64,000 nucleotides of DNA from Phycisphaeraceae bacterium (lineage in GTDB: Bacteria > Planctomycetota > Phycisphaerae > Phycisphaerales > Phycisphaeraceae). A program made the translations under genes and the position numbers. Under the pieces are notes generated by a model. The model was given only the letters and a program-made list of their open reading frames with translations. It ran no database searches and was not told the DNA's origin. Positions 58,801 through 64,000 of the stretch are shown here, piece after piece; position 1 is the first letter of the stretch, and each line of letters starts with the position of its first letter. The stretch lies in assembly GCA_963674705.1 (NCBI GenBank), contig OY771506.1, positions 5,184,001 to 5,248,000 of the forward strand. Reading direction: 5' to 3'.

Positions 58801-59412
58801 ACCGGCCTGATCGCGCCGATCGGTGAATGGGTGTTGCGCAAAGCATGCCAACAGCTTTATCTTTGGAACCACGTGGAGCGCCCGGAGTTGCCGATCTCGC
58901 TCAATGTCAACCTTTCCATGCGCCAGGTTTGCCACCCCGGCATCCTCGACATCATCAAGAGCGCGATCATCGACTCGGGCATCAACGCCAAACACCTTAA
59001 GCTGGAAGTCACTGAATCGACAATCGTCGATGATCGGCACAACATGATCCCGGTGTTGAATCAGATCAAGGAACTGGGAATCAGCCTGGCGATGGACGAC
59101 TTCGGCACGGGGCACTCTTCACTGGGCAATCTGCACAAACTGCCTGTGGATGTGCTGAAGATCGACCGCAGCTTCATCCAGAGCATGAGCGCGAACCGCG
59201 AGCTGGCGGCGGTGATGCACGCGATCATCACACTCGCCCACGAGCTAGGTATGCAGACCGTGGCGGAAGGCATCGAGACCCCCGAACAACTGGTGATGCT
59301 CCAGAGCCTGGACTGCAACTTCGGGCAAGGGTATTACTTCAAGAGGCCAATGAACGCCCGTGCCGCCACCCGCTACCTGCTGGGCCTGGAAGACGAAGCG
59401 GCCTCCGCCTGA
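55834..59412 (+). CDS. Membrane-anchored multi-PAS diguanylate cyclase/phosphodiesterase
   Basis: Two TM segments, four PAS/PAC-like domains, RFGGDEF, FEALLRW, DDFGTG, AEGIET; start uncertain (ORF open from 55744). Confidence 0.93.
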   Translation: MTTNDDITATKSTRRPCWRLVYFLLAALTLFAVLLCLGLNHHITELYRESVTVNNRWSSKLKLVNKLEALTTSAKKDVEQVLLNGHDNDKVEKFENKIDQFDVLLASLVDQLNNTETTDPNESKAIIDLLHEAQASIQGMKSHSIDLMYTSGDATLSTSSAMLVEIDRSFAQTLLALAQIREQISTSKDSLLVKQSYTANFIRNLEIAFGSLVVCLVIIASYYGYRLSITMKRIDVDRELALVELNNQRLALDQHSIVSSTDIWGNIIYANDKLCELSGYTREELLSQNHRVLKSGEHPEAFYKDMWDTVKSGKTWRGEVKNRAKDGSYYWVDATIVPFKDERGRVTSYTAIRTDITVLKEAEERNRKQAARLETATKGAQVGIWEYDIARDIAIWDDTTHKIYGYTNSRVAPEDTLAAWKHVVHPDDLEESISKFNHSLQTGSMFEHALRIVRADNGQVRHIRTTASFEYDTEGKPVRVIGIIWDETNTFKASEEIERREEEIRAILDAIPSYVYYKDNNNKILRLNRAAAESIGKPIKDIENHQTEEFFPKEDARNYIEDDREVLDSKQPKLGIVESYSTGNNEQMIIRTDKIPLKNAEGVYDRLVAISTDITDHIKNEQRLKESEERYKLAVQGSRDGLWDWDLTNDCVYYAPRWKQMLGLESISISDSPDEWISRIDPRDLGSFMQEFDQHLRGEDDVFEVELRMRHYTGRIIWMLCRGAVVRNEDGRAVRVAGSLADIHEIKQVQDELRQIAEHDRLTGMPNRELFQRRLEEAIGRSHEDPDFKFAILFFDFDRFKVINDSLGHGVGDALLIDIAQHFKKVLRANDIASRFGGDEFVVLLNDLKNYDEALLAGNRLLEAFSSPHLLMGHEVFSTTSIGLVTNESRYERAEDMIRDADVAMYQAKEAGRAQIVVFDQQMHEEALDRLQLEADLREALENDEFHLVYQPIISLEAGEIHGFEALLRWEHSSRGLVSPDDFIPIAEDTGLIAPIGEWVLRKACQQLYLWNHVERPELPISLNVNLSMRQVCHPGILDIIKSAIIDSGINAKHLKLEVTESTIVDDRHNMIPVLNQIKELGISLAMDDFGTGHSSLGNLHKLPVDVLKIDRSFIQSMSANRELAAVMHAIITLAHELGMQTVAEGIETPEQLVMLQSLDCNFGQGYYFKRPMNARAATRYLLGLEDEAASA

Positions 59413-59440
59413 ACCGAGGCACCTCGAATACAATCTGTGC

Positions 59441-60826
59441 TCAATCAACAAGCGCTTTACCCCCCGCTGAAATCCGCGTAGAATTAGTATCAACGTGGGC
59501 CGTGTAGCTCAGCTGGATAGAGCGGCTGCCTCCGGAGCAGCAGGTCAGAGGTTCGAATCCTCTCACGGTCATTAGCCCACCGGTGAAACAATCTGCAATA
59601 ACCGGAATACCCCTGAAATCCTCGGAAGATTTTGAGCAACCGACTAACTCTCGGCGGCTTGATTTCTGGTCGTTTCCGGTGGTTTCGGACATCTTCTGCG
59701 CCGCATTATGCGCCGCTCTTGATTCGAGCCCTGCCGCCCGGTCAAAGTGGGCGTCGGTCAGTTGCAGGTAATGAGCCGCGGCGACGGCTTCACTGTTGCC
59801 AAGCCACTTGCAGACAACGTGGATGGGATACGCTTCGGCCAGCTCTGTCTCCCGTGTGCTGCGGAGGTTTTGGTACAGCTTGGGCCAAGGCGCCAGGCCT
59901 GCCCGCTTGATGATCCGGTGCAGTTGTGTTCGCAGGTTGGTCCGACTGTCTAGGTATCGCGTGACCACGTGGACATCACCAGGCTCGGCCTGCTCGAATG
60001 CTTCCATCAGGATCGGACGCAGTTCGGGAAACAGCGGGATCATCCTGCTCTCACCACCGGGATGATGCTCAGTCTTCGGGCTCGTGACATGTATTCGGTT
60101 GTGTTCCCAGTTGATGTCCTCCCAGGTCAAGGCCAGCACTTCAGACGGGCAGCGCAGGCCACCAAATCGGGCAAGCGCAAAGATCAATTGCCACTGTACA
60201 TCAGGACAGTGATCCAACACCTTCCGAGCATCTTCACGTGACACGAAGTGATAACGTTTCGGATTGGCCCTCACGTTAGCGGCTAAACCTTCGAACGGGT
60301 TGGAGACGATCAGCCCCCCTTTCATCGCAGACTTGAAAAACTGCCTCGCCCTACCGATCGTGCGGCGTGCTGTGTTTTCAGCCATGCCCTGTGTAGCCAG
60401 GTGCAAGCGGAATGCTTCGGCATCAGCCGGCGTGATGTCTCTCATCGACCGCGGCGTCGTGAAGTATCCGAGCAGGTGATCCCGGGTGATTTCGAGATTG
60501 CGGCGCGTGCCCGGTTTGATGTCCTGCCGTCTTTCGATGTACGTGTTAATGAACACTTCAAGAGTGGACGTGTCACGAGCTTTGCACAGTCCCACTTTAG
60601 CAAGTTTCTTGTGCAGCACGTCATCAAGCGACGCGAGCCAGCGTGAAGTATCATCACGTGGAGCGTGCTTATGAATGGCGGAGGCGACCAGATCCTCAAC
60701 CTTGACCTTGACCGATTCGGCATGCCGAAGCGATAGCTTCCCGAGCCGGATCGTCCGACGTCGACCATCGGCGCCGAAGAACACAAGGCGCTTACGTCCA
60801 CCAGGATCATTGCATATACTCGCCAT
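59441..60826 (-). CDS. Tyrosine recombinase/integrase
   Basis: GGLRCPSE (R), SPKT (K), QNLR, WLGNS, AAAHY (Y); likely start MASI at 60826; stop lies beyond the tRNA. Confidence 0.9.
   Translation of the reverse strand: MASICNDPGGRKRLVFFGADGRRRTIRLGKLSLRHAESVKVKVEDLVASAIHKHAPRDDTSRWLASLDDVLHKKLAKVGLCKARDTSTLEVFINTYIERRQDIKPGTRRNLEITRDHLLGYFTTPRSMRDITPADAEAFRLHLATQGMAENTARRTIGRARQFFKSAMKGGLIVSNPFEGLAANVRANPKRYHFVSREDARKVLDHCPDVQWQLIFALARFGGLRCPSEVLALTWEDINWEHNRIHVTSPKTEHHPGGESRMIPLFPELRPILMEAFEQAEPGDVHVVTRYLDSRTNLRTQLHRIIKRAGLAPWPKLYQNLRSTRETELAEAYPIHVVCKWLGNSEAVAAAHYLQLTDAHFDRAAGLESRAAHNAAQKMSETTGNDQKSSRRELVGCSKSSEDFRGIPVIADCFTGGLMTVRGFEPLTCCSGGSRSIQLSYTAHVDTNSTRISAGGKALVD
59498..59571 (+). 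tRNA. tRNA-Arg (anticodon CCG), CCA not encoded
   Basis: Cloverleaf: GGCCGTG/CACGGTC acceptor stem, GCTC/GAGC D arm, GCTGC-CTCCGGA-GCAGC, AGAGG-TTCGAAT-CCTCT. Confidence 0.96.
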
Positions 60827-60827
60827 A

Positions 60828-61046
60828 TCACTCACCTGCTTCACGGATTGTATCAACACGCTTGGACTTGTCGATGAATTCTCGGAGGTCGGCGGGATCG
60901 ATGCGCACACTCCGGCCGAACCTGACTGCGGGCAACTCACCCGACTTCACCAGGCTGTACACCGTGCGCCCTGTCACGCCGAGCATCTTGCCGGCGTCAT
61001 CGTAGGACAACAAACACTCTGTCGGGTTATGGATTGCAGCGGTCAT
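60828..61046 (-). CDS. Excisionase-like HTH DNA-binding protein
   Basis: LLSYDDAGKMLGVTGRTVYSLVKSGELPAVRFGRSVRI. Confidence 0.88.
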   Translation of the reverse strand: MTAAIHNPTECLLSYDDAGKMLGVTGRTVYSLVKSGELPAVRFGRSVRIDPADLREFIDKSKRVDTIREAGE

Positions 61047-61059
61047 ACTTCATCTCCAA

Positions 61060-61266
61060 TTACGTTGCTTTCCCAGTCTGAATATCTTGGCGATTGCCCT
61101 GCATGTCGTGATTGATTGGCTGAACCGATACACACCGCAGCCCGTGGCTTCGCAATAGCCTCTTGAGCACGCTTCGCAGCCTGTCCACCGGCATACGTTG
61201 ATACATATCACGGACGGCCAGCTCGGTTTTGATGTGGAGAACAAACTCAGTCGGACGCTGATTCAT
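61060..61266 (-). CDS. Small hypothetical protein
   Basis: Coupled to the upstream rep gene by ATGA overlap; RLRSVLKRLLRSHGLRC. Confidence 0.6.
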   Translation of the reverse strand: MNQRPTEFVLHIKTELAVRDMYQRMPVDRLRSVLKRLLRSHGLRCVSVQPINHDMQGNRQDIQTGKAT

Positions 61267-62147
61267 GTAAACACCGCCTCACTAATTCGGCCCACAGGCA
61301 GTGTGTGCCCATCGATCACAACGCCCTGGCTGTTAGCCCCTGCGTTCATCCCGGGTGTAATGACGAGTGTCTTTTCGTCTAGTGTGATGCTTGCGATGTA
61401 ACCGTCACGACAGGCAGTTGCGATGTCCCCGGGCGTAGGCTGTTTGGTAGGCCCATCACCGTCACGCAATCGCCCAATCATCACGCCGACCCGGTTTTTC
61501 GGATTACCCGTGATTGTGAGCCAATGGCGGATAACGGTATCAGCGGTGGTAATCTCGGCGAGTTCCGCGGCTTTCGATTTCGTTACCCCAATTCGGACCA
61601 TCGCAGCAGAAGCCGCGTTGTTGCTGGTTTGTTCCGGTGCCTTCTTAATACATTCGTCTGGCCGCCGGGCCAGTGTTTCCGCGCCGCCGGGCCAGTGTTT
61701 ATGCGCCGTGTGACCAGTGTTTATTGCGCCGTCGGGACAGTGTTTCCCAGTATTATCACTTGCCGTCGGGACAGTGTTTCCATCCACCAAGATGCCGCCC
61801 AATACACTGGCCGGACGGACAGGGTTTAACAGATGGTATCTGTTCGACCTCGAGCGTCCACCCTTGCCCCGACCTGACCCGGTTCGGTCGCCACGGTCGA
61901 CGGCGATCAAGCAACAGTCCTCCAAATTTTTAATGCATTTAACTGTGTTGCTCTCAGACATTCGTGCCAGCTCTGCAAGTAGTTTTAGCCCGGGCCAGAC
62001 AACACGGTCGCTCGAACACTTACCACTCGCGAATCGTGTTAATTGTGTGTAAACATCACGAGCACCGCCACGTACATCACGCCACTCTTGAGAGTCAAGC
62101 ACGTTGGCAGGTATCATGGAAAAACCTGGGCGATGTTCACCCATCAC
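61263..62147 (-). CDS. Putative replication initiator (N-terminal winged HTH)
   Basis: WPGLKLLAELARMSESNTVKCIKNLE...SNRY; internal iteron-like repeats. Confidence 0.7.
   Translation of the reverse strand: MMGEHRPGFSMIPANVLDSQEWRDVRGGARDVYTQLTRFASGKCSSDRVVWPGLKLLAELARMSESNTVKCIKNLEDCCLIAVDRGDRTGSGRGKGGRSRSNRYHLLNPVRPASVLGGILVDGNTVPTASDNTGKHCPDGAINTGHTAHKHWPGGAETLARRPDECIKKAPEQTSNNAASAAMVRIGVTKSKAAELAEITTADTVIRHWLTITGNPKNRVGVMIGRLRDGDGPTKQPTPGDIATACRDGYIASITLDEKTLVITPGMNAGANSQGVVIDGHTLPVGRISEAVFT
61661..61819. repeat. Iteron-like 18-bp repeats, consensus GCCGYCGGRMCAGTGTTT (five direct, one inverted)
   Basis: Starts at 61661, 61683, 61705, 61728, 61762; inverted copy about 61802-61819. Confidence 0.85.
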
Positions 62148-62334
62148 TCCGCCCCTTCAAGTTGTAAGAGGAAAAGTGCATCCCTAATATGGAATTGTGA
62201 GTGAACCGAGTGAAATGTGAGGGTAAGATATTCATAGATCGCCTCGCCGCTTGGCGCTCGCCCTTCAAATTTCGAGCGTTATGCGACGCTTTTCATACGT
62301 TGAATATGAAGTTGCCTAGCACGATCAGCATGCA

Positions 62335-62562
62335 TCAGGTCGAAGGAGCAACCGCGGGACACCCAGCATCAATCCATTGGCGGACTTCATCCGAGCGCCA
62401 ACGAACGAGGTTGTAGCCGAGTCTGATCGGTTGAGGCGTTTGATTACGCTTGGCCATTCTCATCACGGTACACGCGGACACGTTTAGCAACTTTGCAACG
62501 TCGCCAACCGTGAGCAGCTCAGATTTTTTACGATCGGGTTTGGTAGCTTGGGGCTGGGTCAT
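62335..62562 (-). CDS. AlpA-family transcriptional regulator
   Basis: LLTVGDVAKLLNVS...PQPIRLG..LVRWRSDEVRQWI. Confidence 0.85.
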   Translation of the reverse strand: MTQPQATKPDRKKSELLTVGDVAKLLNVSACTVMRMAKRNQTPQPIRLGYNLVRWRSDEVRQWIDAGCPAVAPST

Positions 62563-62772
62563 AGCGAAAAACCTCCACTCAGCGCGTCACCCGCCATCGA
62601 CGGCATGCTCGCTCGGGAGGTCATTAGCCTGGAAATGCGAAAATGTGCCGCTCGCGGTTCCGGCAAATCCGCAAAAATGTGGATTAGCAACCAGTAGAAA
62701 TGATAAAACAACAACTATAGCAATGGGTTATGAATTAAAAGAAAACCCAAACCACTTCGCCGCTCTACATAC

Positions 62773-63222
62773 TTGTTGTCATACGACCTGCCCGACCGCG
62801 ATGCGGCCAAGGTATGGATCATCCGTAACCAGCTTGGGCGCCGCAATCTCAACCACTTCCAGCGTGGGCGTCTGGCGCTCGAGCTTGAAGATCTGATTAT
62901 GGGGCGTGCAAAAGACAAGCAACGTGCAGCCGGTGGAGCGGTTCCGCAGAAATCTGCAGAAGCGCCTATCAAGACAGACAAAGAACTCGCGGTAATCGCC
63001 GGCGTCTCGCACGACACCATCCACAAAATCAAGCGCATTGAAAAGTCGAATGACACTGAACATGGCGCACTATTCAGCTCGATCAAGTCCCACTCTGCCG
63101 ATGACACTTGTACCTTCACCCTCTGGCGATGCTTTCAGATTGACTGCAGACACCGCATCTTCGATCTTCGGGATCCTGCCGCGGTTCCAGAAACTGCGAT
63201 CACTTCTTGGATCATTGATTAG
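62773..63222 (+). pseudogene. N-terminally truncated fragment of a ParB-associated HTH protein
   Basis: WIIRNQLGRRNL...RLALE and LAVIAGVSHDTI; no preceding ParB-like domain or clear RBS; tail is antisense to the next ORF. Confidence 0.5.
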
Positions 63223-63651
63223 TTGGACCAGCTTGGCGGGATCACCAGCCATCACGATCAAGACCTTGGCTCTTTCATGAATCATTTGCAGATATTCCAC
63301 CATGCCCGGCTTCGGTAGGTCTATGCGATCAAGAAAAAGTGGCCGTGGATTGGAAACGAGTGAAGCATTGATCTTGTCAATAACGTCGCTTCGGGTTCTG
63401 GCTATTGGTGCACCTACCGCAGTAGCAATGGCCTTGAGGAACTGCATATCTCTCTTCCACGAATCACACTCCAAGTAAATACCGCCACGGTTTACGGCCT
63501 GTTCCTGTAGCAACTCGCTTCGCATCGCATCATCGGTAAGTGTGAGACAACCATTCGCCGAAACTTCACGCCAAGCTTGATGGCTTCGGTAACGTGTCCG
63601 GCCGGCGTCGGGAACTTCATTGGGTCCAGGAATAGTGGTTCCATGCTTCAC
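63070..63651 (-). CDS. Degenerate AAA (MuB-like) protein
   Basis: PLFLDRID (Walker B-like), IHERAKVLIVMAG; no Walker A visible. Confidence 0.5.
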   Translation of the reverse strand: MKHGTTIPGPNEVPDAGRTRYRSHQAWREVSANGCLTLTDDAMRSELLQEQAVNRGGIYLECDSWKRDMQFLKAIATAVGAPIARTRSDVIDKINASLVSNPRPLFLDRIDLPKPGMVEYLQMIHERAKVLIVMAGDPAKLVQLINDPRSDRSFWNRGRIPKIEDAVSAVNLKASPEGEGTSVIGRVGLDRAE

Positions 63652-64000
63652 CTGCTTTTGTTGGATTCGGCCCGAGCATCGATAGATCTGCAGGTGATTG
63701 ACCGATCGATGCCCAGGCCCCAGGCGGTAGCGAGCCGCTGGCCCAACGTGTTGATTATAACCCGGTTTACCTAAATCGGTTAGTACTGAGGCACATCATA
63801 CGATGTTGTTACACATTGTGTCAGCAATATTACAGGATTAAGTGTGGATTCAACGACTGGTGCTTAGTGCTACTATGCGATAATGAGTTCGGAACATGAT
63901 AGTTCTACGAGCTTTGAAATGTGCACAAGTGTGTCTTTGCTATGAAAAATGACTAGATGTCATTGATTGAGACTATTTGTTCGAGGTTGATAGACATCTT

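Larger units (their letters stand above)
59572..64000. mobile_element. Left part of an integrative element (prophage remnant or satellite-like) at tRNA-Arg; runs off the window
   Basis: int, xis, rep and alpA next to the tRNA 3' end; visibly lower GC; other att site not in window. Confidence 0.8.

Noticed and set aside
60827..60940. Longer integrase N-terminus in the ORF track
   Set aside because: Overlaps the excisionase in another frame; MASI at 60826 directly follows the xis stop codon

Overview
High-GC bacterial chromosome segment. The gene content (dockerin-like + PEP-CTERM surface proteins, TPR-secretin, integrase style) looks like Planctomycetota, probably Phycisphaerae; this is inference only. 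Housekeeping genes: GTP-PEPCK, floA, MnmE-like GTPase, coaX, obgE, rpmA, aspC, purL, polA, rlmN, a PAS-GGDEF-EAL protein and tRNA-Arg(CCG). Accessory content: (i) nine PEP-CTERM proteins, eight ending in the same duplicated dockerin-like cassette and seven of these in a 14-kb tandem array; (ii) an apparently intact IS630 inserted at the terminal TA of a REP-like hairpin; (iii) the left end of an integrative element at tRNA-Arg (integrase reading through the tRNA, excisionase, Rep gene with internal iterons, AlpA); (iv) at least six families of small dispersed hairpin or heptamer repeats that nest, swap arms, act as terminators and in one case sit in frame inside a GTPase gene. The most promising leads are the DUF4914-like protein near pckG, which keeps the PEPCK catalytic motifs in order (candidate uncharacterised PEPCK-superfamily enzyme), the constant-anchor/variable-cargo PEP-CTERM array, the in-frame palindromic insert, and a kinase plus nucleoside-deoxyribosyltransferase-like fusion. 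All family assignments come from motif recognition by eye; no searches were run.
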